A DNA stretch of 64,000 bases from Octopus vulgaris (taxonomy: Eukaryota). Location: the NCBI GenBank assembly GCA_951406725.2, contig OX597818.1, forward strand, positions 71,548,001 to 71,612,000. Reading direction: 5' to 3'. A program made the position numbers and the translations under genes. The notes beneath the pieces are model-generated. The model did no database searches. It was given only the letters and a program-made list of their open reading frames with translations, and had not been told where the DNA came from. This document shows, one piece after another, positions 1-12,940 of this stretch; within the stretch, counting starts at the first letter, position 1; each line of letters opens with the position of its first letter.

Positions 1-273
1 TAGGCCACGGGTTATGGTTTCATCTGGCTTGCCGGGTCTTCAAGCACAGCATATTTCCACAAGTCTCGGTCGCTAGTCATTTCCTTGGTGAGGCCCAATG
101 CTCGAAGATCTGCTTCACCACTTCATCCCAGGTCTTCCTGGGTCCACCTCTTCCACAGGTTCCCTCAACTGCTAGGGTGTGGCACTTTTTCACACAGCTA
201 TCCTCATCCATTCTCACCACATGACCATACCAGTGCAGTCGTCTCTCTTGCACACCACATCTAATGCTTCTTA
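1..273 (-). mobile_element. RTE-like LINE 3' ORF fragment
   Basis: Minus strand reads WYGHVVRMDEDSCVKKCHTLAVEGTCGRGGPRKTWDEVVK, the same C-terminus as the RTE copy at 41197-41424. Confidence 0.8.
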
Positions 274-1316
274 ATGTATTTGGACATATTTAAACTAATT
301 AAATTTCATTTTGCAGGATAATCTAATTGAAATTTCACTAATTATAGCTCTTCAAACATGGAAGTGTCTAAGGAGCACTTGAGGCACATAATGCTTTGAG
401 TTTAAAAAAAGAACTCTGCTGCTGAAGCGACTCAAAATATTCACTCATCTATGAAAAAGAGTGCCTGAATGAATGAACTTGTGGAAGATAGTTTGCAAAA
501 TTCAGAAGTGGCGATTTCAGCCTTGAAAATAAGGCCCAAACAGGACATCCAATTGAGTTTGAAGACAAACTCCTTTTGGCAGAACTTGAAAAAGATCATG
601 CAGTTTCAGTTGAAGAATTGGCAAGCCATACAACTGTTCACAGTTTCATAGCATGGAAAGGTGCCAAAACTCTGAAAATGGGTGCCTCATGATTTGTCTG
701 AAGCCAACTGCAAATCTCTTCATTCTCTTGAACTCATCTCACCCCTTTGGACAGACCAGTGATGAAAAATGGGTCTTCTATCAAAATGTTAAGTGTCATA
801 GACATTGGTTTAGTGATGGGGAAAAGGCCCAACCACAACATGCAAAGAAGGTTCTTCTCTCTGTTTGGGGGAACTGCAAAGGAGTCATCCACTTTCAGTT
901 ACTACCAACTAATGCAATAATCAATGCTCAAATCTACTGTCAGTAATTAGAGTGTTTGAATGCTGCTTTGAAGAAGAAAAAAAGCCTGCTTTAGTCAATC
1001 AAAAGAAGGTGGTGTTTCATCAGGACAATGCAAACATCCTACACTGCAAAGATCACATCACAGAAGATCAAGGAACTTGGTTGGAAGAAAACTGCTCACC
1101 CGCCTTCAGATTACCATTTGCTCCGTAGTTTCCAGAATCATTTGGATAGATTAACTCTTGAAACAACAGAGGAAGTTGAAGAGTTTTTCATTAATGGGAT
1201 TAAAAAGCTTACAAATATATGGAAAGATGTCAATCATGGAAACTATTTTGATCATTAAGTTTCATTAAATTGTTCTCCTTATTCGAAATTTGGACATTAC
1301 TTATGGGATGACCTTA
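274..1316 (+). mobile_element. Degenerate Tc1/mariner (mariner-type) DNA transposon; transposase pseudogene about 358-1258
   Basis: Motifs KWVPHDL, TSDEKWVFY, KKVLLSVW, FHQDNA and PSDYHL are spread across frameshifts and stops. The right end ...ttatgggatgacctta is followed by TA. No left TIR seen. Confidence 0.88.
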
Positions 1317-1327
1317 TATATATGTAT

Positions 1328-1542
1328 AACAACACAAAGATGCAGCACAAAGTTTTGTCAGTGAACAGGTCGTGGTTTCAAAGCGACGAAAACATTTTGA
1401 CAAATTAAATTTAAATGTTGAAGTGAATCTAACGGTTTTGTGTGTTTCTTAAATGGCTTATAAACACCTTCCACACTGCAATTGTTTTCGTTCCAGCACA
1501 CAATCTCAGATCAAGTCACTCGCTATGCAAGTACATCTCCGT
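1328..1542. repeat. Probable interspersed repeat of unknown class flanked by (TA)n
   Basis: Complex segment bounded by TA-rich tracts. It resembles a repeat I recall from octopus assemblies; unverified. Confidence 0.35.
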
Positions 1543-2570
1543 AATATATATATATATATATATATACATACATACATACATACATACACACAGACAAGTT
1601 TGCTCTAGCATCCTATCACTACCTTCCTTCTTTCTGCTTTAACCATGTGTAACCTCTATAGTAAAACATCGGGGCAACTGGATTGAAACCACCCACTTCC
1701 ACCTTCGCATCCCAAATAATTTATCCTATTAGTAGGAGCTTTTTTCCTTTCTTTTCCCCTGGTTCTTTTCTGTCTTGTAAGTTACACAGCAATATCACTA
1801 GCGTTGACGTCATGTAAAAAGCACCCAAGGCTCTCAGTAAAGAGGTTAGTATTAGGAAGGACATCCAGCCATAGAAATCACGTCAAAGATGATGTAGGAG
1901 ATGGGTTTAGCCCTGTAGCTTGCAGATTTTCAGGCCAACCATCCAACCCATGCCAGCATGGAAAGCAGATGTTGTATGATGATGATGACATACATATATG
2001 CCAGCTCAGGAAAATGGACATTGAAAAAATGTGTGTGAATGTTTATATTCTGTGCTTTGCATGAAAATGCAGGGCTACAAATAGTGACATTTGCAGCCAA
2101 TTTCATCAATAAGTCACCCATTAGCTCAGCATTTGAAAAACATCAATGGAATAAAAAGTCCCTTCCTTGTAAAACAAGTGACAGTAAAAGTGACTGTAAA
2201 AGGATGCTTCAACTGATGTTATAATATATCTTATTAAACCATAAAATATTTCTTTCCTATAGATATATCAACTGCAACCAAACATTGATATATCCTATAA
2301 ATATATCAACTGCAACTAGGTCAGGCTATGAAATGTAATGGTGGTGATAGTAGCAGTAGTAGTGGTGTTGGTGGTAGTAGCAATAACATCAGTGGTGCTA
2401 ATGTTAATAGCAATATTAAAGATGTTGTTTACATTGGCAGAACACCACAAGTAAAAGAACAGTAGAAAACTGGTATTTACTTAATTGACCCTGGGATAAG
2501 AGGATAAGTTGACCCAAATGGGAAGGAGGTGATTATAATGGTGACATAATGTTTAATAAGGAACACCTAC

Positions 2571-2667
2571 CATTTCTGATCCTAACGGCCATCCTTCTTC
2601 AGGATCATCAATTTCTGGCGAGACAGGAAGGTACATTAAAGCATTTTCATCTTCAGCTTCTTCATCG
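2571..2667 (-). CDS. RBBP5: RBBP5 coding exon 13 (SDEEAEDENALMYLPVSPEIDDPEEGWPLGSEM)
   Basis: Similar to human SSDEELEDSKALLYLPIAPEVEDPEE. Poly-T/CAG acceptor. Donor ATG|GTAGGT is inferred; read-through would stop at 2553. Confidence 0.85.
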
Positions 2668-3519
2668 CTGAAAAAAAAAAAAAAAATTATTAGTAGTACT
2701 AGTAGTATTACATATCTGAACTTATCACTTGCTCCACCCAACTGATATTCACTATTGACAACATCTCTATCTACATTCATCATTCACTGCATTCACCTCT
2801 ATCCTCATTTGTAACCATTTGTCACCCTCACCCTCTTGCAAACTTTCCCATCCATCCTTGACCCTCTGTCCTTATTCTTTCTCATATTCACCTTTCTGTA
2901 CGTTGTGGCTATGTCCTGACACTTCATCACCATCATCTTTCTTGCTTTCCAGCTGGGATAACCATGTATTTCCTCTACAGCAAAGCACATGATTTTGTTC
3001 CTCTACTATACTTTTAACTCTTTAGCATTTAAACTGACCATATCTGGCCCAAATATTCTAAACCAGCCAGATGAGGCCTCTCATACCCACCCGTAATGTT
3101 ATTCTAAAAATAAACAATCACACCATCAAAATCTTCGAAGTACAAGATAATGCATGATTAATTCAAAACAATGTGAAAAAATAAGCATTACATTTGACAG
3201 AATAATCTGAATGCTAAACAGTTAAGCTTTTTACCACCTGGCATAGGATTCTGCCCTCAATACTGCACCCAATTGCACTCAGTTGATGTGTTTTGTCTTA
3301 CAAATTACTTGATGACCTCAGCAGAACTAGTGCCATGAAAGAAAAGGCATTCAGTACACTGTAGATCAGTTGGTGCGAGGAAGGACATCTAACCAGGCAA
3401 AGTAGACAACAGAGCTCAATGCAGTCTTCTGGCTTATCAGATCATACTATTCTAAACAACACCTGCCAGCATGGAAGATGTATGTTAAATGATTATTTTT
3501 ATGATTATTATTATTATTA

Positions 3520-3730
3520 AGGCAGTGAACTAGAAGAATTGCTAGCACACCAGGCAAAATGCTTAGCAGCATTTCATCTGTCTACACTGAGTTCAAATTC
3601 TGCCAATGTTGATTTTGCCTTTCATCCTTTTGGGGTTGATAAAATAAGTACCAGCCAAGCACTGAGAGTTGATGTAATCAACTTGCTCCTTTCCCAAAAT
3701 CTCAGGCATCGTGCCTGTAGTTGAAAGGAT
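3520..3730 (+). mobile_element. tRNA-derived SINE, family A (core GCCTTTCATCCTTT.GGGGT.GATAAAATAAGTACC)
   Basis: A-box/B-box-like head (GAGTTCAAATTC) and a conserved core repeated at least 10 times in the window. Confidence 0.8.
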
Positions 3731-3930
3731 TATTATTATCATCATCACGACCATCAACAATCTATAATAGGGCACCTTTGACTCTGCGCAAATACACACT
3801 TTTATTCCAGATTTTGCAGGATTCATTGATAACAAATATATATTTTTATGGTTTTAAGCAAATACTTTGTCTAAAATGAACCAGAATGCCAAATGGCACC
3901 AGACAGACATTTTTATCAATATACATATAT

Positions 3931-4300
3931 AGGCATGGCTGAGTGGTTAAGAAGTTTGCTTCCCAAACACATGGTTTCAGATTCAGTCCTATTGTGTGGC
4001 ACCTTGTCTTCTACTTTTCTCCAAATTGAATAAAGCCTTCCGAGTTAATTTAGTAGACAGAAACTGAAAGAGTTCTGTCGTGTGTGTGTGTGCGTGTATG
4101 CATACACCTTAACATTGCTTGGTGGTTGTAAATGAGCATCACCATCATAAAAGCAGTGACTGGCCATAGGGAAATATTACCTTATTTGAAAACAGGTGAA
4201 GACTGGTGGCAGGAGGGGCATCTAGCCATAAAAAAAAACCTGCCTCAACAAATTCTGTCTGACCAATGCAACCAAGGAAAAGCAGACATTAAAAGGATGA
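3931..4300 (+). mobile_element. tRNA-derived SINE, family B (GCATGGCTG.GTGGTTAAGAAGTTTGCTTCC head)
   Basis: Same head and body as copies at 12941, 44750 and 57395. Confidence 0.75.
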
Positions 4301-4464
4301 TTATCTTCCTTTTATTGTCCTCTTTTTGACTGAGTCAGATGAAACTTTTGTTGAGGCAGAAATGGAATAAGACATAAGGGATAGAATCAGATAATCAATT
4401 ATGGCTACATGTATAAGAAAATAGTTGGTTACAAGAACAAATTAGGAACAGTGAGCTGACTTAC

Positions 4465-4531
4465 CTACTGACAAAGGCTCGAATTGGTTCAATACTGGTT
4501 ACATCAACTTCTTCATCTTCTTCATCAGGTC
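4465..4531 (-). CDS. RBBP5: RBBP5 coding exon 12 (GPDEEDEEVDVTSIEPIRAFVS)
   Basis: Matches human EDEEVDVTSVDPIAAFCS. AG/GTAAGT boundaries and phases agree with neighbouring exons. Confidence 0.93.
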
Positions 4532-5279
4532 CTTTAAAGAGGAAAAGACAAAGATTGGTAAATGACTAACCCTAAACTTGGCCATCTTAAAACAAGTGTG
4601 TATGTATATACACTCATTTAGTATATACACTCATTTGCATAGTTTAGTTAGATTTACACGTCAGGCACAAAGTGAGAGTCTGGTTGATGTTAAGTATAAG
4701 AATATTGTTTTCACAAAATTTCTCAAGTATGAAAGTTACTGAAGAATGACATAAGGGAGTAGGTCTCCAATAGATGTGTTTTCATGTGGGGGTTGAGGAG
4801 GGGAGGATCTGACAAGTTGGAGTAGGTTAATATTAATGACTGTTTCCTTCAGTTTTGAGACGTTAGGCAGCATGATAGGTCACTAATTGGGGAGGTCAGA
4901 GGTTCATATTAGTAAAGAGAATATGTTATAAGGGAGAACTAATTAGTAATTTATTAAACTCTTCATTTCCTATCAGATATAGTACCACACAGAATTGCAT
5001 TGGTGAGCCAGTCCAGAAACACAACTATCACAAGAACTAAGTTTGTTTACATGCATTTAAAAAATAATAAAAATAATGAGCTTATGGTATACAAGGCTCG
5101 AGTACATTCTGTCTTATCAGAAAAAGTTTAAAAGAGGGAACAAAAAGCAGACATAAATCAAGTAAAGAAAAACAATGAAAGTTATAAGTACATGCAAATG
5201 ATATAGAATAAAACACAAATGACAGAAAAGTAAACATTAAAAGTTATAAAGAGGAAACAATTCATAGGTATGACTAGAG

Positions 5280-5830
5280 TAGTATTAGTGAACCATGGAA
5301 TCTTTGGCGGATCAGTGTCATGACAGCTAACAACTAACATGTGTAGTTTATTTTATGCTTCAATAATTCTGAATATGAAAAAAACGTTTCCAAATATCAT
5401 CAGTGGTGAAATGTTATCACGTTTTTGAAAGCATGTTCACAAGCAGTGAAAATATTGAACTCAAAAAAGTGGTCAAAGTTGTGGGAAGTATGTTGGATAA
5501 TATTGTGAGCTTCTATCAAGTTGTTGCTAGATGTTGAGACTTTAGTGTTTCAATGACCAGAGAACTAAGACACTTTAAGATATGGTGACTGATAGGTGTC
5601 TGGTTGCAGGTCTCTAGATAGCTTCCAGTAGATTGATATTTTCCAACAAGAGGGGAGTTCTAGACTAGAAATGCAAACTAACTGTAAAATTATCACAGCC
5701 TTATATAGCTTTAAACTGAAAGCTGGTGTGTGGCTGACAAAGGTGTTACTAATTGATGCTAAGACAACTTCAGCCTTTTGAAGACAGTCACACTTCAATG
5801 TAAGGGAGAAAACTAATTCTCTTCTATCAT
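5280..5830 (-). mobile_element. Old CR1/L2-like LINE fragment
   Basis: VLASISNTF...LKLYKA and a frameshifted ASPVWN...LEAI resemble the CR1 RT C-terminus. Confidence 0.5.
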
Positions 5831-5899
5831 TTATTTCTCTTCTGTAATAGAATGCAAGATTGGGTTTTCGTCATAGAGAATGTTCAAGGAGTTAGTTAC

Positions 5900-6017
5900 C
5901 TTTCGTTTCTTCTTTCTCTTTATCTTCATCCTCAATGTCAAACTCAGATTCTCGTTCCTCATATTCAACATTTTCATCTAATTCCTTAAAATCGGGAGCA
6001 AATGCACTCCAGTTTTC
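5900..6017 (-). CDS. RBBP5: RBBP5 coding exon 11 ([39 protein letters not shown])
   Basis: Near-identical to the human activation-segment/ASH2L-binding region. Canonical splice sites. Confidence 0.97.
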
Positions 6018-6054
6018 CTGAAACATTTATTTTAACAATAATTATTAGTTTTAA

Positions 6055-6230
6055 ATTTAAGCACAAGGCCAGTAATTTTAGGGAGGTAGTAAATCGATTA
6101 CGTTGATTGCAGTGCTCCACTGGTACTTATTTTATTGACCCCGAAAGGATGAAAGGCAAAGTGAACCCTGGAGGAATTTAAACTCAAAATGTAAAGATGA
6201 ATGAAATGCTACTAAGCATTTTACCCAGAG
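6055..6230 (-). mobile_element. SINE family A copy
   Basis: Reverse complement of the family A core (GGTACTTATTTTATTGACCCCGAAAGGATGAAAGGC). Confidence 0.8.
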
Positions 6231-6931
6231 AGTCACCCACAAAAGTCACCCTTAGCCAACAAAAATCAGATTTTTTCTTTAAACATGAAAATTTAATTTC
6301 TGAAAGTTTAAAATTTGTTTTCCTTTACTTTGTAACTAACAATTACAGCTAGGTTTTTGTTTTCTTTCTTGAACAAACAGGAAGAGAAATTTCAATTTGT
6401 TCAGAATTCATTGCATACAGCAACAGGGAAACATTCATTGCATACATCAGCATCTACCAGAATTAAATATATGCTATTGACACCCATGAGTTACTTCCTA
6501 GCTCAATTTTCTTAATAGAACTGGCTATTAAAGTAGTCTATCAGCAGTTTTGTTGACTTGACCATACCTGGATGCCCTTCTTGAAGCTAACTTTTCAACT
6601 GAGGACCTCTTACCTTACACAGCTTCAAAGGCTGTGATTTGTTGGCTGACAACACTGTGTGTAGATAGATACATGTTTATATCTGAAATTGCTTGTACAA
6701 AAGTATTGGAGGCACACACATCAATCTCCTTACAAAGCTTTGGTTGGCCTTGGCCAATAGTAAACAGGTGGCCAAAGTACTACATGGTGGGACTGAACTT
6801 CAAACCATGTGGTTGAAAACCAAAACTTCTCACCCACACAGCAATGACAACACCTAGATAATACATACACATATAAATAACGGACTTCTAAGTGATCTGA
6901 ATTTTCCCAGTGATCGTTGACATTTACTTAC

Positions 6932-7003
6932 CACTTGATTTTGGGCCCACACTGACACAACTCCACTTGAGATGGAAGCTATGATTGGACGTACAGGATG
7001 CCA
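6932..7003 (-). CDS. RBBP5: RBBP5 coding exon 10 (WHPVRPIIASISSGVVSVWAQNQV)
   Basis: Near-identical to human. CAG acceptor and GTAAGT donor. Confidence 0.97.
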
Positions 7004-7714
7004 CTGTAAGTATAATTAATTCATAATCAACAAGCATTAAAAATAAACCATCTGACAATATCCATAACAAAATACAATGCCAATGTGTTTCCAATTCATT
7101 TCTAAACAAATCAACAATTTGGAAGAATTTAGTGAAATGAATTTATATAAAAATTGTTTTGTAAAATTGTTACCAACCCTCTTTTAACCATTACTTTAAG
7201 GTTCCTTTACACTAAACATTATTGCACTAACTTTCCCTTAAGTTAGCAATCCACTTCACCCTGGCTAAACAAAATTTTAAAAATCCTTATTTTCAAGTTG
7301 TTATGAAATGTTTGAGGCACTGCCCTATCTCAGATTTAATGAGAAAATTGTTTGTTTCCTTTATGAAGGGAAACAATGCAAACATTTTTCTAGTTTTAAA
7401 CTAAGCAGAATCAGTAACAAAGTGGTAGCAAGTTGGTTGTTTGAAATATATATAATATATACAATAAATTAGATCGACTTCTACAGTTTCCATCTCTCCA
7501 ATTTCACTTACCTGTGACAGAATTATTATTATTGAGAGAGAGCAGCACATGCTGCTGAAGGTGCTGTGCAGTGAGATTGAGTAAGAACCTCAAAATTGCA
7601 AGGTCAAAATCTTAAGTACTTGCCTTATAAGTTTGAGCTGAATGTCATTTGACTCTCACATGGTGCACATTACTTATCTATTTTGAGAAATAAGATTGCT
7701 ACAAAAAAAAAAAA

Positions 7715-7998
7715 CACTCACCCACCCACCAAAGAGGGATTCTTTAGGGTTTGAACAACCCTTATTCAGGGACATTTTTGACCAGGATGGGCTACTCAAC
7801 CTGAAGAAAACTCTAACTGGGCCCCACATGCAAGGTCATGCATTGTTTATCTTGATATGTGATCACACATATGGTTGTGACACACGTGTCTAGTGTACAT
7901 TTATCAGATGAATAGACATGATTGGTATGATGGGCTCTGTATATTTGTATCTCAGTGTCTCTTTGATGGCATGTGCTGCTCTCTCTCAATAATAATAA
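7715..7998 (+). repeat. Interspersed repeat (retroposon 3' end with (AAT)n tail); second copy at 16915-17343
   Basis: Both copies share CCCCACATGCAAG.TCA...CATATGGTTGTGA...CAGTGTC.CTTTGATGGCATG...CAATAATAA. Confidence 0.7.
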
Positions 7999-7999
7999 T

Positions 8000-8215
8000 T
8001 CTTTCTACTATAAGCACAGAGCATGAAATTTGGGAAGTGGGGGGGGCTACTTGATAACACTGACCTCAGTTCTTGAGTGGTACTTATTTTATTGACTCTA
8101 AAAGGATGAAAGGCAAAGTTAATTTCAGTAGAAATGGTACTCAAATAAAAACTGGGAAAAATGCCACTAAGCATTTTGTCTGGTGTGCTAATGATTCTGC
8201 CAGCTCACTACCTTA
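8000..8215 (-). mobile_element. SINE family A copy
   Basis: Reverse-complement core and head (TTCTGCCAGCTCAC). Confidence 0.75.
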
Positions 8216-8920
8216 ATAATAATAATAATGATAATAAAGAGAAATGGCAATGTAAGGTTTGAGAGCTGCATTAAAACATTCTATTGGAGGCTGTTAGCTG
8301 TTAACACTAATTTATAACTATAACACTAGCAGCCACAAATATATAGTAAACTGGATTTTTACATATCTTGTAAGTTGAGGGTATCCCTGTCATCTCTTTA
8401 CCACCATCCTCTTTCATTTCCAGCTGAGGTAACCATGTATCTTCCCTCCAGCAAGACACCAGTTCCTTTCCCTCTATCATACTTTACTTCCCATCATCTG
8501 GCACAAATCCACCTCCCTCAATACCACTCAGCCCATTTCAGTTGAGAGGTCTTGTTTTGTGAGTCACATGGTAATCTCACTAGTGCTAGTGCCATGTAGA
8601 AAGCACCAGTACACTCTGTAGAATGGTTAGTATTAGGAGGGGTATCTAGCTGTAGAAACCATGCAAAAGTAGACATTGGAGTTTGGTGCAGTCCTCTGAC
8701 TTGCCAGCTCTTGTTGGATGCTCCAATCCATGCCAGCTTGGAAAACGGACATTATAGAATGATGATGATTCAATAAATAATAAAGGAGAACTATGAAATG
8801 ATTAAAAAAAAAACTCTTATAAGAAAAGAACTGCTTAAAGATGGTAAATAACAAAACTATTATTAGATTTGATTAAATAAGTGCTTAATAGGAGAAAAAA
8901 ATGAATAGAAATAGACTTAC

Positions 8921-9074
8921 CACAACATCTAAGAGAAGTTCTCCTTTTGTACCATGAAGAATCTTCACTAAGTTACCAACACCCTTTTCCCAGATATAAA
9001 GAGAGTGCTGGCGAGCAGAGCCAGCTACAATGTATTCGCCATCACCAGAAAAACAGCATTTCTTCCACATAGTT
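8921..9074 (-). CDS. RBBP5: RBBP5 coding exon 9 ([52 protein letters not shown])
   Basis: Near-identical to the human WD40 region. Canonical splice sites. Confidence 0.97.
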
Positions 9075-9803
9075 CTAAAAAAAAATCAATATAGAAGGAG
9101 AAGAAAACAATGTTAGATACACTTAAGTTGGTGTTCACTTTCATTGGAGAGGTCACTGAAAAAAACAAGCATAAAATAATGTGGTGGAAATAAAATAATG
9201 AGACAATGTCTAATATTTTTAGCATTTTAGCAGTAGAAGAGACAACTCTGTGTTTAACCTTATTTGAGCACATCAGTGAATTACAGACTTCACTGTATAT
9301 GTGACAGAAGTAAAAGAAGAATATATAAAATAGTATAACGAACAGAATTCAACAGATGTAACCTTACATATAAAATTATTATTTATATATAAAATATATA
9401 TTTCCTCACTGAGGAAATGACAAGGGACTGGGAGTTGTGGCAATTTGCAGTACTTGAGAAGAAGGGTCAAACCAAGTAAAATCACTGCCATCCATACATA
9501 TAGGTTTGTTCTTTACAGGTGCCAGTGCTATGCCAAATGTACTCATGCTGATGCTGCATAAACACACCTGGGCCTGTGATGCGTAAAAAAGCACCCAGCA
9601 CTCTCTTTAAAGTGGTTGGCATTAGGAAGGGCATCCAGCTATAGAAAAAAAATGCCACAGCAGACAATTTGGAGTCTGGACAGCTCTGGCCAGCTCCTGT
9701 TAAACCATCCAACCTATGGCAGCATAGAAAACAGATGTCAAACGATGATAATGATAAGGTTATACATACAATAGTTATAAAATAGTTTAACAACAGATCA
9801 AAC

Positions 9804-9923
9804 CTGTTCACAAGATCTTGTAGTTTCTGTATAGGTTCTGGTTCACCATCTTTACCACAAGCTAAAACTTCTCCACTTTCATACACACGGATGATACGAT
9901 CGGCCGAATTGACAAGGAAACAA
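9804..9923 (-). CDS. RBBP5: RBBP5 coding exon 8 (CFLVNSADRIIRVYESGEVLACGKDGEPEPIQKLQDLVN)
   Basis: Matches human CFLINTADRIIRVY...GEPEPMQKLQDLVN. Canonical splice sites. Confidence 0.97.
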
Positions 9924-11196
9924 CTGTAGATAGGAAGAGGACACACCTGCTACTTAAGATATTTGGAACAAGTAATGAACAAAACACTTATTATCATTAT
10001 TACCATTCAACTAATGGTTATTTCTATCTTATGGTGTACTTAATCATGGAGATAATTACTCTTAGACTAATTAAACATCTCAAGATAACTTCTCTTAATT
10101 TACTTTTACATTAATTATTAATGTGAAGCTGTGGGAACAGTGGCCATAATTTTTAAGCTGTTTGGAGATGTGGGTGGAGGAAAAAGGCAAAGAGACAGTA
10201 CTGAAGATAGTTACAATAAAGTGTTAAGTGTGGTGTGCGAGAGACGATGTACTGTATCGCTGACAGGAGAAATGGGGGACTCCAAGTTCAAACCCACTAC
10301 ACTACAATTTCTGCTTCTTCTTAAAAGAAGAAGAGTAGTAGACATAACTATTTTACAAGGCATCTAAAACTAGTGGTAAGAAGTTATTCTGAGACCAGAA
10401 ACCTGAGCGCACTCTGATAAAGGCACCTAAGGACCATATGAGGGTGGTACACTGGGTGACAACAGAGTGAACTTTACTGAGGGCACCCAAGGACGAGGTA
10501 GTGGTGATGGTATTACACTGAGTAATGGCTAAAGCTTACTCCCTCACCTCTAGTTTCAAACAAATTTAACTTGCAAGGCTTTCTTCAAAACTCTCCCATG
10601 GTGGTATTGAACTTGAAACCAAATTGTTATAAAGTGAACCAGACAACAATGCCTGCATCCAAAAACAATCTCCCCAAGCCTGTCAGTGAAATTGGGTAGA
10701 TGAAAATCTGTCAGATGGGCTGTACATGTGGTTGGTAGGGTTAATGCACCACAACACCTGGTACTTGAGGGTCTTTTAGCAAACACCATTCTGATGAAAG
10801 CTTTCAGGAAAGGTTTCAGATTTGAGGATTACTTCCCCCAGTTTTGGAATCCTTTCCTCTTACCAGTCTAGGAGGATCTATAATTTATTACTGACTTTTA
10901 ATTCCAGTCTACCTGACCAAGTTTATCATAGTCAATAGCACAACTAAATGAATCCTTAATTTGCTGTACCAGACTCTTCCACATATACTTAGCTTGTTGT
11001 GGCAAACTAAAACTCTATGTTATGGACAATGATCTTGCCCTCCTGACTAAGTTATTAAAAACAGAAAATGTTTAATTAATGTTGAAATCAAAAATCAAAG
11101 AGAAAAACATTAATTAAGAAATAAAATAGATTGGAATGTTTTCCATTCAAAACAAACTGATTATGAAAAATTTCAATGTTGAATAAAAAGACTTAC

Positions 11197-11306
11197 TCGC
11201 CACGGCGAGCAAATTCAATTGACTTTATGGCTGTTGTGTTCAAGGTTCCTGTTGTCACTCGGAATGAAGCTACTAATTCAAGGTCTTCTATGGTGAAGAC
11301 AAGAAT
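11197..11306 (-). CDS. RBBP5: RBBP5 coding exon 7 (ILVFTIEDLELVASFRVTTGTLNTTAIKSIEFARRG)
   Basis: Matches human LVASFRVTTGTSNTTAIKSIEFARKG. TTTCAG acceptor and GTAAGT donor. Confidence 0.96.
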
Positions 11307-11843
11307 CTGAAAGAAAAAAGAAATAATTAAAAACCAACCAAAAGATTATTGCTCAGATAATCATGGAAATTAAAATTTTTTATAATATTACAGAATTGTT
11401 TTAACTCTTTTGATACTAACCTACCTTAAACCATTCCTGGTTTTATTCTACAATTTTCAGGTTTTGAACTTATCTAAATTAAAATCTTCCATCAAAACTT
11501 AATGTTAATTTATGTTCTCAACATAAATTAACGTTAAGAATGACAAAGTTTCAAAATTTTCAAAATTGAATGAAACAAAAGCAGTGTATTTCAAGAGAAA
11601 TATGGCAATTAAAGGGTTAAAGTGATCTAACTTAAAACTTAACTAAAACTCTTCAATGGATAACCTAACAGGTGACAGGACACAGCCTGCCACTACAACC
11701 CCACCATGAAGCCAATAAGTTTACAATCTGTTGGTGGTAGACAGTTGATTAATGAAGGACAAATAACTGGCTTCGTTTATCACGAGATAGACTTACACTG
11801 TTGTGAGGAGGATGAGGAGGAGGAGGGAGGGAGGGAGAGAGAA

Positions 11844-11875
<32 letters not shown>

Positions 11876-12213
11876 TAACATTACAATTTATTAAAAATTT
11901 AGAACATCTTTGCAAATGCAAGACACACACTAAGTAAAGAGTTTCAACAAAAGACACCCCCAATCCTTCTATAATTTCTAATTCTCTCAATGTTCTCTCT
12001 CACGACAAAATATGTACAACCCCAGGTCAGGTCTAGTTTCAGCAAGCCACAAACAACCACTGAATTGGTAAACTATGAAAACTAGATGAATAGATAAGTG
12101 TAGGTTATGTGTGATGACAATGTCAAACAGAAATAAATTTACAAATAGACAATATCAAAGATATGTAAGAGAAAATGATTTAGTAAGACATTATTAAATA
12201 TCTCATCACTGAC

Positions 12214-12285
12214 CCTGCCCTTTGCATTTCCTGTGTAGATATGTTTCCCTCGTCTGTCAAAAGATGCAACAATGTTTAGATCAGA
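12214..12285 (-). CDS. RBBP5: RBBP5 coding exon 6 (SDLNIVASFDRRGKHIYTGNAKGR)
   Basis: Matches human SDLNVVASFDRRGEYIYTGNAKGK. GCAG acceptor and GTCAGT donor. Confidence 0.95.
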
Positions 12286-12940
12286 CTGCAATAGAGAAAG
12301 AGAGTGAGTCGGCAGCAAATGTAGGAAGAAGAGGAAGAATTAATAAATGTTGCAGAAGAATTAGAAAATATTTAGAAACAGGTAACAGCTAACTACTTTC
12401 ATATACTAATAGTCAGGTGGCATCTGTGCTTGATCTGAGAGATTAGCAATCAAATCTCCTTTAAATCACACATGACAAACTTAAAAAATAAAGGTCCTAA
12501 ATAGACATAGTTATAATCATTATCATCAATGGTTGAATGTACTTCCATGCTTGTATGAATCAAACAAAATTCACTGAGAAAGATTTTCTAAGTCCACATG
12601 CGTTTGGAAATAATCTCCAGGAAAGGAAATATAGGGAAATGTGGAATGATGACGACGATGAACAGTCATCACCACCACATCAAGACAACAATAATTAATT
12701 ACTGCTGTGATAATAATAACAGAGATCACAAAGATAATGATAATTATGGTGGTGGTAGATGGTGATTTTAATAAATTACACAATGCTATAAATCCCAATA
12801 ATTTTGCATCAAACACCATCTCAACAAATTACATCCAACATTTTTGGATTCACATACTGTCAAAAAGGATTATAGTCAGTTGAACAGACAACAAATAACA
12901 AAACCTTTCTTAAAGGGTACAATATAATACATGTAAGGCA

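Noticed and set aside
358-1258. SETMAR-like functional gene
   Set aside because: No SET domain, and the mariner ORF is fragmented.
2040-2220. Possible further RBBP5 exon
   Set aside because: No recognisable RBBP5 similarity, and the frame I read closes early.
3520-3610. tRNA genes at SINE heads
   Set aside because: A/B-box-like motifs are present, but there is no cloverleaf and they run into SINE bodies.
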